Below the pieces are notes generated by a model that saw only the letters and a list, made by a program, of their open reading frames with translations, had not been told where the DNA came from and ran no database searches. Source: Eledone cirrhosa (Eukaryota). From it: a DNA stretch of 64,000 nucleotides. The DNA lies in the NCBI GenBank assembly GCA_964016885.1, contig OZ024741.1, positions 344,162,001 to 344,226,000 of the forward strand. The letters are read 5' to 3'. A program made the position numbers and the translations under genes. Positions 1 to 12,361 of this stretch are shown here, one piece after another. Position 1 is the first letter of the stretch. Every line of letters begins with the position of its first letter.

Positions 1-545
1 GTGTTTGTGTGTGTGTTTATGGTTGCGCGTAAGTGTGTGAGTGAGTATGTGTTTTTTTGTTTTTTTGTTTTTTTGTGAATGTGTCTGTTGATTTTTGGCA
101 TATAGTTGATTAGTTTAAGAGAAGTTCGAAGATAATAGTAAGATATGCACTCAGTATTTTGAATCTGTCTGCAGAATTCTCTAGACCTTTGTCACTTAGT
201 AGAACCTTAATGACTTTAGCTTTTAAAGAATCTCCCTTTTCTTTAATTCTATCGACCATGACTGACCCCCCACTGATTTTATAGACATCTGTTAGCTTAA
301 GAGAAACTTATTGACAAGGAATGGTATGCCATCCGGAACCTGTTTATAGAATTCTGTCTGCCTTTGTTACTCTAAAAACATAAATAAATATAAATAAAAA
401 TAAAAATAAACTATAGCTTTGTAGAATTAGCTTTTAATGAATTCCCTTTTCTATCAACCAATGACCTGCACCCATCCCACTCCCCACCCTCTCCTACCAC
501 TTGTAGAGACCTATAAATACCATATTTATTTATTTTTTGATACCC

Positions 546-596
546 AGATTCCTGATGATTTCTAATGAATGAAACAGTTCTAGTCCTGTAGAATCT
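546..596 (+). ncRNA. Type I hammerhead ribozyme motif
   Basis: agattc-CTGATGA-tttc taat gaat-GAAA-CAGttctagtcCTG-TA-gaatct. Perfect 6-bp stem I and GUA cleavage triplet. The homolog at 41677 has a compensatory stem I. Confidence 0.8.
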
Positions 597-749
597 CATC
601 TATATTAAAACTGTTATACTCTGCTATGTATTGAGTACCTTACTTATTGTGGTTACCTCCGACTCAACCCGGAATAACGTATATATATATATATATATAT
701 TATAAAATAACAGGAGGCTGGACTGGTGTAATTCCTTAAAAGGATTATT

Positions 750-807
750 ATGCTATGATCATTTCAATGACCGGGTTCAGTATGAATCCGGTGACATCAT
801 CAGGTAT
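750..807 (-). ncRNA. Type I hammerhead ribozyme motif
   Basis: Minus strand: atac-CTGATGA-tgtc accggattca tac tgaacccggt catt-GAAA-TGATCA-TA-gcat. Palindromic stem III, one stem I mismatch. Confidence 0.65.
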
Positions 808-981
808 TCGAAATATAACAATGGAATATAATAGACAAAATCCATGGGGCTGAAAATCAGAGACATGAGGGCGACCGAATATTTAGCAGCTTCTACGACG
901 GTCGGCGGCCGGTAATGCAACTCATCCGTCTTCTTCCGTGTTGTTGGTGGTGCGAGTACGAGTTAATTATTATAAAATAAC

Positions 982-1025
<44 letters not shown>

Positions 1026-1029
1026 CAGT

Positions 1030-1345
1030 AATTGTTTCTACTTTAGGCACAAGGCCAGCAATTACCCAGTGCATTACTGGTACTTTATTTTATCGACCCC
1101 GTAAGGATGAAAGGCAAAGTCAACCTCGGCGGGATTTGAACTCAGATCATAAAGGGACATAACTATGCTGGAAAGCATGGCGTCCGACCCTCTACCAATA
1201 CTACCAATCCACCACCTGTGAATAATTGTTCTACTTTAGGCGCAAGGCCAGCAATTACCCAGTGCATTACTGGTACTTTATTTTATCGACCCCGTAAGGA
1301 TGAAAGGCAAAGTCAACCTCGGCGGGATTTGAACTCAGATCGTAA
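1030..1345 (-). mobile_element. Two tandem copies of a tRNA-derived SINE
   Basis: Minus strand has an A-box-like tggtagtattggt, a B-box gagttcaaatcc and the body gcctttcatccttacggggtcgataaaataaagtaccagt. About 10 copies in the window. Confidence 0.8.
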
Positions 1346-1494
1346 CTCGTATATATATATATAACAGTAATAATAATAAATTTGAAGACTAAAATCCAAA
1401 GAGGGCTCGATAAGGATAAATATATATCAAATATATAAGAACCGTTAAGGGTGAAAGCATCGATTCTTTGCTTAAACTTTAATCTGTTATTTTA

Positions 1495-1525
<31 letters not shown>

Positions 1526-1792
1526 GCGGCGATGAATTAGTTTTGCGAGGTTTTTTATATGAAATCGTGTGTCGAAACAGATATTGTTATATTTGGGGAG
1601 GGTCATATTTGCGTAATATTGCCAGAATTAATAACAGAACACACTCACTGTTTGGTTGGTTTTCGCTTCTCGCTGTCTTATATATATATATATCTGCGAT
1701 CTAACTTACTCGGTCCTCAATGTTGCCATTGACTGACCGGCGGTCAAAAATAATACAGATACAATATAGACAAACACATATATATATAGTTT

Positions 1793-1834
1793 ACATAAAT
1801 CTTTCGTTGCACATCTGCAACATCGTCAGTGGTG
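1793..1834 (-). ncRNA. Hammerhead motif in the 3' region of a PLE fragment
   Basis: Minus strand: cacca-CTGACGA-t-gttgca gatg tgcaac-GAAA-GATT-TA-tgt. Stems I and III partly decayed. Lies downstream of, and co-oriented with, the GIY-YIG fragment at 2106-2440. Confidence 0.55.
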
Positions 1835-2105
1835 TTATATTCATTGTTCCTCCTGTTGTGTTGTATGTCTACGCCATTTTTTTTTTTTGTTCAGTCTGTC
1901 TATATATTTATTTATTTATTTGCTTGTTTGTTTATCTTATTTTATTTTGTCTTCTTTGCGCATGCGTTTGCGTGTGTGTATAGTGTTATGTGTGATGTGT
2001 GACTAGTGTGTATAGTGTTGTGTCTGCTGGGTGACTAGTGTGTGTTTATGTGCTTGTGTATGTATTTATTTATCTTATTTTATTTTATTTAATTTACTTA
2101 TTTAT

Positions 2106-2440
2106 TTATACTTCTCTTAGGTCAGTGTTGTTTGTTTGGGTGTTGTTGTTGTTCCACTCATTCTTTCTGTTTAGCTTTGGTCTTCTAATTTCTATTTCAC
2201 TGGCCTCTCTGATTTGCCTATCTGCTGGGTCATTCCTATGTTTAGATATTATTCTAATTTCTATGTTGTCTATGTTACCGTCATGATGTTGTCTAGCATG
2301 TTCGTATAGTACTGACCCGTTTTTTCGTCCTTTTAGTTCCCCCCAGTGTTGGTCTATCCTTTCACCTATGCTACGAGCTGTCTCACCTATGTATGTTGTT
2401 GTCGTGTTTCTGCAAGTACCCTCTGTACATCTTATGCTAA
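2106..2440 (-). pseudogene. Penelope-like element GIY-YIG endonuclease, 5'-truncated
   Basis: C..C...TYIGETARSIGERIDQH...LYEH...H...RQIREA..I....PKLN: GIY-YIG motifs of PLE type. Confidence 0.8.
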
Positions 2441-2442
2441 GA

Positions 2443-3680
2443 TGAGCTACTTCTAACCAATTTAAAGTAAGATTTAATACCCACAAACATAGTTTTAAAA
2501 ATGCCGCATTAGCTAATACAACATCCTTGGCTGAAATAATTAATAATTATAGAAAAAAGAATATCGATTATAACATGACCTGGAGTGTGCTCAAAAGGGT
2601 CACCCCTCATCAAAATAACAGATATGAGTGTAAATTATGTTCCCAGGAACTTTTTGAAATAATGAAATCTAAGGATATCCTATTAAATAAGCGACAAGAA
2701 TTAATTATATCGTGCAATCATAGAATTAGAAGAACTTTCAAATATTATAAACCTAATTAATATACACCTTACACTTATATTTTACAAATTATTATAATTA
2801 GTTTTTTTAATTTAGTTAACCTATAATTAGTATTTTACTACTGAGAACTTCATAATTTTATTTCCCTTTTACAGCTTTCTTTTCCTAAAATTAATACCTA
2901 TAAGTATACATATAAACTATTTTAATTTCATGTTATGAATCTAAATTCCTTGTAGTCTATATAAGTTTGTTATTTCTCACTAACATATATATCCCAACAT
3001 TTTTTTTCCTTCGTTTTTAACAACATTCTTTAATAACATCTAACTCTTATTTATCACATCTATATAAATTAATATACATTTATCCCTATAAGTATACCTA
3101 TCAATTAAATTAATTTAATTTCTTGTTTTAGATCTAAATTCCTTGTATTTTAATTAAGATTGGTATTTCTCACTAACACATTTACCCTAACATTTTATTC
3201 TCCTGCGTTTTTAACACTAGCATTATTCTTTAATAACATCAAATTTTCGTGTACCTTTCACAGGCTTGACCTCTTTTCATCCCCAAAGTAATATTTTCAT
3301 TTAAAGTATTCTTTCCACTCAACACTTAAGTCTGCATTCCTCTACCCTAAATTAAATTTCTACTACTACTATTCTATCAACTTGACCACTTACTACTTTT
3401 CTATTGGTCAATTCAAAACCTGTTCCCAAACAGACCTATTATATTAAATCTTTGTTGGTTTTTTTCAATAAACAAATATCATTCTTGTGCCAAAAGTAGA
3501 AATAATTATTTCTGAAGACAGCATATATATGTGTAGGTATGTATATTTCCTCTGATAGCTTGTAAAATTTTACATAGATCTGTATGATATACATACCAAC
3601 ACACACATATATATCCTAGAAACGCTCGTAAGGAACTGTTTCTTTGTTTTTATTCATTGTTTTTATTAATTTATATATAT
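2443..3680 (+). mobile_element. 3' fragment of a Naiad-like PLE (endonuclease C-terminus 2443-2760 plus 3' region)
   Basis: TSNQFKVRFNTHKHSF...TSL...W...CKLC..E...LLNKRQELIISCNHR aligns by eye with the C-terminus encoded at 56037-56340 (-). Confidence 0.7.
3507..3635 (+). ncRNA. Hammerhead motif with a ~100-nt stem II
   Basis: CTGAAGA (3512), a long hairpin atatatatgtgt..ggtatgtatat/atatacatacc..acacatatatat, then GAAA-CGCTCG-TA-aggaa. Stem I is weak. Confidence 0.5.
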
Positions 3681-3749
3681 TTAAAAAAAAAGGATCGATC
3701 GACTTTCGTCGAATCGGACCGAGGAAACAATGTTTTCTTTATGCTTATC

Positions 3750-3796
3750 AAGGCTTGATAAGCATCAAAAAATGCGAAACAAGGCCTAGTCGGCTT
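3750..3796 (+). ncRNA. Hammerhead motif, U3:A8 core variant
   Basis: aaggc-TTGATAA-gcat caaaaa atgc-GAAA-CAAGGCCTAG-TC-ggctt. Confidence 0.65.
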
Positions 3797-3951
3797 ATCT
3801 CCCCTTGTTTGCTGAGATTAAAGTAAGTGAGTTTGTCACTACTCTAAAACAATAGCATACGGTCTTCAAAATGCTTTTAATTAAGCATAAAGTGTATTGC
3901 AAAATACATTATATATACATTCATATATATATTGCTATTTCAGAGCTCCAA

Positions 3952-4241
<290 letters not shown>

Positions 4242-4279
4242 TTATATATATACACACACACACACAAACATATATATAT

Positions 4280-4310
<31 letters not shown>

Positions 4311-4355
4311 CACATACACACACACATATATATATATATATACATACACACATAC

Positions 4356-4402
<47 letters not shown>

Positions 4403-4496
4403 ATATGCCAACATGAATGGACCTGTTATTTTTATCTAAAGACATATTTTTCAATCCCCCCCCCCCTCCCTTCAATCTATCTTATTTCTCATTCTT

Positions 4497-4532
4497 TCTG
4501 CTGATGAAGGACTAGTGTCCGAAACGTTAAGA
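4497..4532 (+). ncRNA. Minimal hammerhead motif
   Basis: tctg-CTGATGA-a-ggac tagt gtcc-GAAA-CG-TT-aaga. ACGT palindromic stem III as in minimal PLE HHRs. Confidence 0.65.
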
Positions 4533-4612
4533 CCCTCTTCCTGCTATTTCAAGCGTTAATCTAATATATTCCTTCTATATTCTGTACCAATTGTGTTGTT
4601 ATTTCTGTTTAC

Positions 4613-4707
<95 letters not shown>

Positions 4708-4740
4708 CATATATATATACATATATACATATATATACAG

Positions 4741-4793
<53 letters not shown>

Positions 4794-5228
4794 CATGCAC
4801 GTGTTTGTGTGTATGTACATACATATTATTTACATATACATCAATATCACTCTCTCTTTTATAAATATTCAGGATTACAATTTACATTAAATGAAGAGAA
4901 CAGTTTTTTTTCTTCAAGAAACCAATAATATATAAATAAATATATGAATAAATATCTTCTGTCAATTCAAATCTTTACTTTCTTCAATGAGAAATGAATA
5001 GCAATTTTTAAAAATGTTATGAATACTGAAATAATTGTAATATTGAAACTCTTAAAAATAATGCAATAGATATATCTGTTTAAAAAATAATTTGTAGGTT
5101 CATAGATTGTAGTAATCTGGAATTAATGTCATGTTAAGATACAAGACTTTAAAGAGTTCATTTGAAGTAAAATATGCATAGAAGAATATTACTTACTGTT
5201 TCTAAATCCGTATATATGTATTTAAATG

Positions 5229-5305
<77 letters not shown>

Positions 5306-5332
5306 TGTATGTGTGTGGTGTGTATTTGTGTG

Positions 5333-5381
<49 letters not shown>

Positions 5382-5461
5382 ATGGGTGTGTGTTTGTGTG
5401 TATGTGTATATATATATATATAATATATACATATATATATATATGTGTATGCGTGTGCGTG

Positions 5462-5492
<31 letters not shown>

Positions 5493-5503
5493 ATGTATAT
5501 ATG

Positions 5504-5583
<80 letters not shown>

Positions 5584-5598
5584 TATATATATACATAC

Positions 5599-5648
<50 letters not shown>

Positions 5649-5743
5649 ATATATATATATATATATAAACAACGAACAGCGGAGGATACGTTTCGCATTT
5701 TCCGACAGACAATATTTGCCCCCCCCCCCCCCCCCGGAAAAAA

Positions 5744-5779
5744 CCCCAGTTGATGGATGTGAATCCGAAATATATAGGG
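5744..5779 (+). ncRNA. Degenerate hammerhead motif
   Basis: ccc-CAGTTGA-t-ggat gtga atcc-GAAA-TATA-TA-ggg. All three stems are present but the core has two substitutions. Confidence 0.45.
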
Positions 5780-6084
5780 ACAATTAAATCTCTGCCAAGG
5801 TAATTCTTTCTCGTGTTGTTATTTTTATTTTATCCTTTACGCCCTTTCCTTCATTCCTCTACACGTTAGTCTTATACACGCCACGCATCTCAACGTACAC
5901 CCACTTACATCTCTCTCTTCACCACCGGATCTTGTTACCCGGAAATTTACCCATCTGCATTGTCGAGGCTTCCAAACGACTTAAAGAAATTTACCATATA
6001 TAAAGTTTTTTTTTACATTCATGTACAGGTTGCCAAGATGAATATGTCTCACTTCCCCACTCTCTCGTTCTCCCTTTATATATA

Positions 6085-6183
6085 CAGGGTGTCCCAAAAA
6101 TGTATACACACATTGATAACTTATACAGGCAATATTTATTAGGATGTTGTTGAAGTCTGTATACATTATTTAGGGACATCCTG
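6085..6183. mobile_element. Tc1/mariner-type MITE
   Basis: TIRs CAGGGTGTCCC/GGGACATCCTG in a TA context. An inverted homolog lies at 22498-22589. Confidence 0.75.
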
Positions 6184-6225
6184 TGTGTATATATATATAT
6201 ATATATTATTATTTTTTTTTTTTTT

Positions 6226-9200
6226 TTCATTATTGTTTCTGAGACATATGCCGAGTGTCTTCCTGACACCAAGGGCAAATAAATTCACAGTGTGCATTAG
6301 TAAGCGGTTAATACAGCACATTGATTATAATTTAAAAAAAAACAGTATACATATATACACATGTGCATGTGTAAATACAAGGAGGGATATCAATCTTATA
6401 GAGATAGTGCTCTTCTCAACGTCTGCAGTACCAGTCAAAACAATTGTTTGCACCTCGTGCAGAGAGGGTAATCCATGAATCGTTCGCAAATATTGTTCTG
6501 TTCCTTTCTTGATCATTCCCAGTCCTCCCACAATCACTGGTATTGTAACGGGCTTGAGGTGCCACATTTTCTCAATTTCAATAAGCGGATCTTTATATGT
6601 TCGTAGCTTGTCAAATTCTTTTGCTGCGATATTGTGATCACATGGGATGCTCATATCTATCACTAAACAGACCTTGTTATGTTGATCTTTTACAATGATG
6701 TCACGTCTATTTGATTTTATGGTCCTGCCTGTATGTACAGGAAAGTCCCAGAGAATTGTTACTTTTTCTCCTTCAGCTACAGCCGCAGTGTGATGATTGT
6801 ACCACTTGTCTTCAGCTTTCATTTTGTAATGCCGACATATTACCCAGTGTAGATATTGGCCAACTCTGTCATGTCTATATTTGTATTCTACAGGTGCTAA
6901 AACTTTACATCCAGAGACCAAGTGATCCACTGTTTCAACCTCAGCATTGCAGAATCGGCACTTTGGGTTTATTCCGTTTCTCATCACATTGGCCTGGTAA
7001 TTACGAGTATTATTATTATTATTACAGCTGCATTTATCTTGCTTTATGTTCATACATATGTTCATACTTTTTTGCAAATAGTTTCAGGTCATCCATGAAG
7101 AACAAGTGATTAATGGTTTTGTCATAGACTTTATATCCATGTTTTGTTTCATTGAGCATTTTACTTAATGGTATAAGTGCGATGCAGAATAAAAGCGGTG
7201 ATAAAGAGTCACCCTGAAAAATTCCACAATTAATATTGACTTCTCCAGCTTCCAGTGACTTTGTTTCACTATTGAAAAGGAGTGCCGTTTTCCATGTCTT
7301 CATACTGAATGACAAAAACCTCCTGACAACGGGAGCTATTTTGAAAATCTCTAAACATTTTTCAATCCAACTGTGTGGCAAACTATCGAATGCTTTTTTA
7401 TAATCTATCCAAGCAATTGATAGATTTTTGTGTCTATTATGACAATCTTCCAGTATCATTTTGTTAACCAAAAGCTGATCCTTACAGCCATATGAGCCTC
7501 GTTTACACCCTTTCTGCTCAATGGGAAATAGGTCATTTGTTATCAGGTGCTCATATGTATATTCAGTTAGGACTGATGTTAAAATGTTATACATTGTGGT
7601 CAAGCAAGTTATCGGTCTGTAATTTTTGAGATTGTTTGTCTCATCATTCTTCGGAAGCAGGAATGTAATGCCGTTAACTAGCCATGATGGTATCTTTTCT
7701 GGCTCCTTAACTATTTCATTGTAAAGTTGGGCTAACAGCTCATGAGACTCTGTGAAGGCATTTATCCAAAAATTTTGTATTTTGTTTTTTCCTGGAGATT
7801 TCCATTTGCTGGTTTTTCTTAGAGCCAAACGCAACTGTTCAACTGTTATATTTTCCCATATTTATTCCTCAAGGTGAGCTGTATCTTTCATTTGTCTGTC
7901 TATCCATGGGGCATGTATATTATGAACTTTTTCTTCGGCCCAGATCTTTTCCCAGAATTCTTGCACTTCCTCCTTGGGTGTATTGATTTAGCAGTTATTG
8001 TTGACTTACCAATTTTTCTGTAGAAGTTTCTTTGGTTGTTTTTGAACATATTATTGTCCTTATAGAATCTAGATCGTTTTTCAAAGCGCCTTATACGAGC
8101 AGCTTTGACCGACACTTTTTGCTTGATTATTTCTATCAGCATGTCTATGTCACTTGTTGAGTTTATACTATACTTTCTTTTCAATTTTCTAAGTTTAGTT
8201 TGTTTAACATGTTCACCTACTTTATAGTTTGTTAAAATTTCTATGTCAGATCGGAGAAGGTTTATTTGGCGATTGATGTTCTCTTGCCAAGTAGATTTCT
8301 TGTGTGAATTCCTTTCTTTTTTCATCTTCACTCCACATAAGTGAGTGGTGACTTTAGTCGATGCATAATAGAGATGATTTAAATCAGTAATGTTTAGTTT
8401 GTTTGTGATGATAATGTTTTTGAGAATTATGTTAGTCTTGTGTATTATCTTTTGGTTCTGTTTGGAGTTCTGGATCTTAGGGAGGGTGTCTCGTTGCCCC
8501 ATGTCAGATTCTTTCATTTTCATCCATTCGATCATAATTTCATCCTTCAAGTTGGCAAGTTCATTCTCATTCATTTCTTTATCATTTACGATCTCATTGT
8601 TTTCATTTGGAGTTTCATCTTGAGCATGCACTCCCTCCACTTTTTCGATCCTTTCTTTAATTTGTTCTGTTGTCAGTGATTCCGCCCCAACCCTGGAATT
8701 CGAAGTGTTACAATTTACCTCGTTTTCACTGACACATGTTTCATTTTCCCTTCGCTGACTTTGTGCTAATAGCTTGATCTGATCAATTTCTATATCAGTT
8801 AGTAACTTTTTTTTTACAATATTTCTTCGGTTATTGGCTAGTTTGTTACTGTCAATATAGCCTCTGTTTTCAGGATGTTTCATTTTCCAGTTGATATATG
8901 TCTGTTCTGTATTCGATGTATTTGATGGGTAGTACATGGCAGTGTAGAAAGCCTCAAGGACTTCTTTATTATCTTCCCTTGACCATTTTTCTCTCTTTTC
9001 TTTGGATTTCTTGGTGGTGAGCATGGAGGGCCAACAGTAGGAGTATTCCGGTTATGGGAGATCTCCAGCTCCGAAGTGATGGGAAGGTTTGAACCATTAG
9101 CTGATTTTTCGACCCCAGTCTGGTTCCACTCTGATGGACGCAGCCCTTTTTGACCCGGGTGACGGCCTATCCGGTATGAGATTTTATCATCAGACATTTA

Positions 9201-9360
9201 CTTTATTTTGTCGCGTTTTATCCTTATCCGCCAAGGGGTAATGATTTCGTGTTACCACTTCTAGGACGAGTGTCAACCAAGACTAGAGGGGTCGTCCTCC
9301 CCTAGAGACACGGCTATTCCCTGCCGGCCGCCATCCCGGTATTTCTTGGTCACCGGGTTT
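6226..9360 (-). mobile_element. R4/Dong-clade non-LTR retrotransposon, disrupted (RT plus restriction-like endonuclease)
   Basis: ORF pieces 7900-9024, 7034-7834 (YRPITCL, WIDYKKAFD, GIFQGDSLSP, FFMDDLK) and 6325-7006 (CRFC..ETVDHLVSGC, RHD, RDIIV..IDMSIP). Frameshifts and an internal gap. Confidence 0.88.
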
Positions 9361-9379
9361 TCTTTTTTGTTGTTTTTTA

Positions 9380-10340
9380 AATTGTTATTATCATGAGTGG
9401 TTCCTTAATGTGAGCATTGCGTGGCTTAAGAATGAAATTATTAATAATATAAAATACTTTTTGCTGAAGTTGCCTGTTATTGTTGTTGGCTATGTCGGTG
9501 GTGGTGCTGGTGATTTTTCTATTGTTGGTGGGGAAGGGGGGAGCCAGCAGTGCCATAGTCGTTGACGTTTGGCCGGTCGCCGGGTCACTAAGTCAATCTA
9601 TTTATATCTTTTGCTAGCCTCTCCCTTGTCTAGTGATACCGCCACCTTCCCCTTTCTTAAGTTAACAGAAGGTAATGGGGGAATAGTGGTGGTAGCAGTG
9701 AAGGAGTGGTGGCGGCGGTGATGGGATAGTGGTAGCAACAATGAATGGAGTGAGGCGGCGGTGACTATAGTGATGGCGTTGTTGTTACTGAGTTTTGTTG
9801 AATAAACTGTAGTTTTGTTTGATCTGTGTATCTATGCGTTTGTCACGTATGTTTAATATATGTGTTGACATATTTTTCTTAATATTGGATTTAAACATTT
9901 TGTGAAAACTTGAGACAATAATAATAGTAGTAATTATTATTATTATGCTGGGATTGGTGGTGGTGGTCGTGGTGGTGAAATTGCCGTTATCTGGCTATTG
10001 TATTTAGTGTACACAGAGGGGTGATGGGTAGGTGGTGTATCTAGTTTCTGGTGTTGGTGAAATTGCTCTTGTTTGGCTGTTCTATATAGTGTAGACAGAG
10101 TGGGTTTTCTTCCATTTATAACCATTTTCTTTTTTGAATATAACATGTCTAATACAAAATTGAATATTTGAGCGATATAACAATATATTATGGATCCGAA
10201 TTTTCTGAGACTTGAGTCCGGTGCTTTATGTATCATTTGTACTAAGAATTGTTATTTCACAATTCATTTAAATATGTTAAAAATCAAAAACTTACGGGAG
10301 CGATTTCATGACCTTCTACCACCTCGTGCGTCTTCTTCCC
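9380..10340 (-). mobile_element. Internally deleted Tx1/L1-like 5' derivative (copy 1)
   Basis: Homologous to 20040-20962. Starts gggaagaagacgcacgaggtg next to (TAA)n. Remnant ggagaggctagcaaaag resembles the GEGWQK coding stretch of Tx1 ORF1. Confidence 0.5.
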
Positions 10341-10342
10341 TA

Positions 10343-10377
<35 letters not shown>

Positions 10378-10592
10378 GAATGCCATGGTTGACGGAGGCT
10401 CGGCTCTGTAAGGTATAGTAATTTTTAACCGTTAAAACAATTGTAAATTGTTTAAAACTTGAACCAAATTGTTGATAAAGACACCCTCCTCCTCGTGAGA
10501 GGGGTCTTTCTGTCCGTTATTTGGCCCTTCGGGGTTAAATAACCAGTTATTGGGGTTTTGTACCCAAAATTTCATTTTAAAGAAAAAACAAC

Positions 10593-12341
10593 ATGGCTAC
10601 GAAAAAGAAGTTTCATACGTCACTCCCACTCATTCCGTCTTCTTCTTCCTCAATCATCACTACAGCAGAGAGAAGATTGTCTCTCTCCCTCCCTTCTTTA
10701 AATGTGTCTCTCTCCCTCCCTTCTCTTTCGCAAGTGACGAAAGAAAAGAAAAGTCTCGTGCAAAGCGTGCAAGGTTTCTCCACGACGACGACGACAGCGA
10801 CGAAACAGGTGTGCGGGAAATACGAAAACCCAGTTCATTCGTCTGACGTCAGGAATAATAGCAGTAGCAGCCGTAATAACAACAGCAAGAGTGACAATGA
10901 AAACAACAGTAGCAGCCGCAACAGCATCACCAGCAGCATAAACAACAACAGCATTAGCAGCAGCAACACCAACAACAACCACAGCAACAGCGGCGGAGGC
11001 AGTAGTCGTAGTACCTGCAGCAACAACAAAAGTACCAGCAGCTCTGACGACAACAACAACAGCAGAGAAAAACCAATCTCATTTGCAGGTATTGCGAAAA
11101 ACTTGGAAACAATCCTCATAACAAATGAGGAATTAGAGGAAGCGAAGAAGATGTTGACAAAGAACGGACACCGAGCAATCTGCAAGGCAGCGGAAAATTT
11201 TTTCGAAACCCAAGAGCACTGTACGGTCACGTACCGTACAGTAAGTACAAAATCCCGTAGGGTGGAAAGAGCCACAGAGGCCCAAATACAAAAAGCCTTG
11301 GGGTATGTGTGGCAGCGGAAAACGCACATCACCCGAGGCAAAAAATATGCCACCGTAGACGTACTTTTTGCCACACCCCAGGAGGCAAAGGCCCAATCAG
11401 TAGTGACCCTAAGGAGCGAGGAAATGGTGTTGGTGCCCTCCTACTGCGGGCAAAAAATTGTGAGGGTCAAACTGACCCCCCCCCCCCCCGGAATGACCCC
11501 TTCTTGGCTGGCCGCGTCTGTCCTCGTCGGAATCGAGGACAAAACAACTGTACTGCAAGTACAGAAAAAAGTAAGAGAAGATTGGGTCGGCTCCTCCTTT
11601 GAGATGTTAATCCAAACCGACCAGGAGTGCATCGAAGCTATCCCGGATGTGATAGACTTCGATAACGGCACTCAACTGCCCATAAGTGTTGAGGGCAAAC
11701 GCCCGAAATGCTTTCGCTGTGGATCGAAGACTCACCTCAGGGCCTTCTGCAACGAGAAGACCCTGAGAAAGGAGAAAACCCCCCTCCTTCCGAATCCGGC
11801 TCCACGGCTACCAGCAACAGGACAAGCGGCAACAAGGGACGATAGGTCCGTGACACCCATACCCACTCCACGGAAATCAAAAACAGCAGCAGCAGTGGAA
11901 ATATTAACAACAACAACAGCAATACCAAATGCAGCTGCAACAGAGACTCCAGTACAAACATCACCAACAACAACAAGTGAAAAAGTGGAGCTGGTACCCC
12001 TCCCCGACCTCACAGAATCAGACATGGAGTGTGAGGTGGGAGAGGGGTGGCAAAAGGTCGCAAGAAGGCACAAACGCAGAAGCAGCGCATCGTCGCCTTT
12101 GAAAAGGGAGGAAAGAAATGAGAAAAGGGTAAAGTCTACTGCAAAGAGACCCACAGCAGCCACCACCCACACCAGCACCACCATCACCACTGGCGACAAC
12201 CCCACCGCCAACAACACCTTCAACACCACCACCACAAGCACCAACATCGCAAACACAACAACAAAACACACACCCAGCAACAACGACAAGAAAATAGCAG
12301 AACCACACCCCACCCCCAGAAAAACAAATGCACGGCAATAA
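10593..12341 (+). CDS. LINE ORF1 gag-like protein with CCHC zinc knuckle
   Basis: 582 aa with CFRCGSKTHLRAFC and low-complexity S/N/T tracts. Probably continues in another frame as 12362-12670. Confidence 0.8.
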   Translation: MATKKKFHTSLPLIPSSSSSIITTAERRLSLSLPSLNVSLSLPSLSQVTKEKKSLVQSVQGFSTTTTTATKQVCGKYENPVHSSDVRNNSSSSRNNNSKSDNENNSSSRNSITSSINNNSISSSNTNNNHSNSGGGSSRSTCSNNKSTSSSDDNNNSREKPISFAGIAKNLETILITNEELEEAKKMLTKNGHRAICKAAENFFETQEHCTVTYRTVSTKSRRVERATEAQIQKALGYVWQRKTHITRGKKYATVDVLFATPQEAKAQSVVTLRSEEMVLVPSYCGQKIVRVKLTPPPPGMTPSWLAASVLVGIEDKTTVLQVQKKVREDWVGSSFEMLIQTDQECIEAIPDVIDFDNGTQLPISVEGKRPKCFRCGSKTHLRAFCNEKTLRKEKTPLLPNPAPRLPATGQAATRDDRSVTPIPTPRKSKTAAAVEILTTTTAIPNAAATETPVQTSPTTTSEKVELVPLPDLTESDMECEVGEGWQKVARRHKRRSSASSPLKREERNEKRVKSTAKRPTAATTHTSTTITTGDNPTANNTFNTTTTSTNIANTTTKHTPSNNDKKIAEPHPTPRKTNARQ

Positions 12342-12361
12342 ATACACACAACAAGAAACTA

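Noticed and set aside
9185-9197. Isolated CTGATGA/CTGACGA boxes (also at 40178) and half motifs at 5690, 21128 and 55180
   Set aside because: No partner box with closing stems was found.
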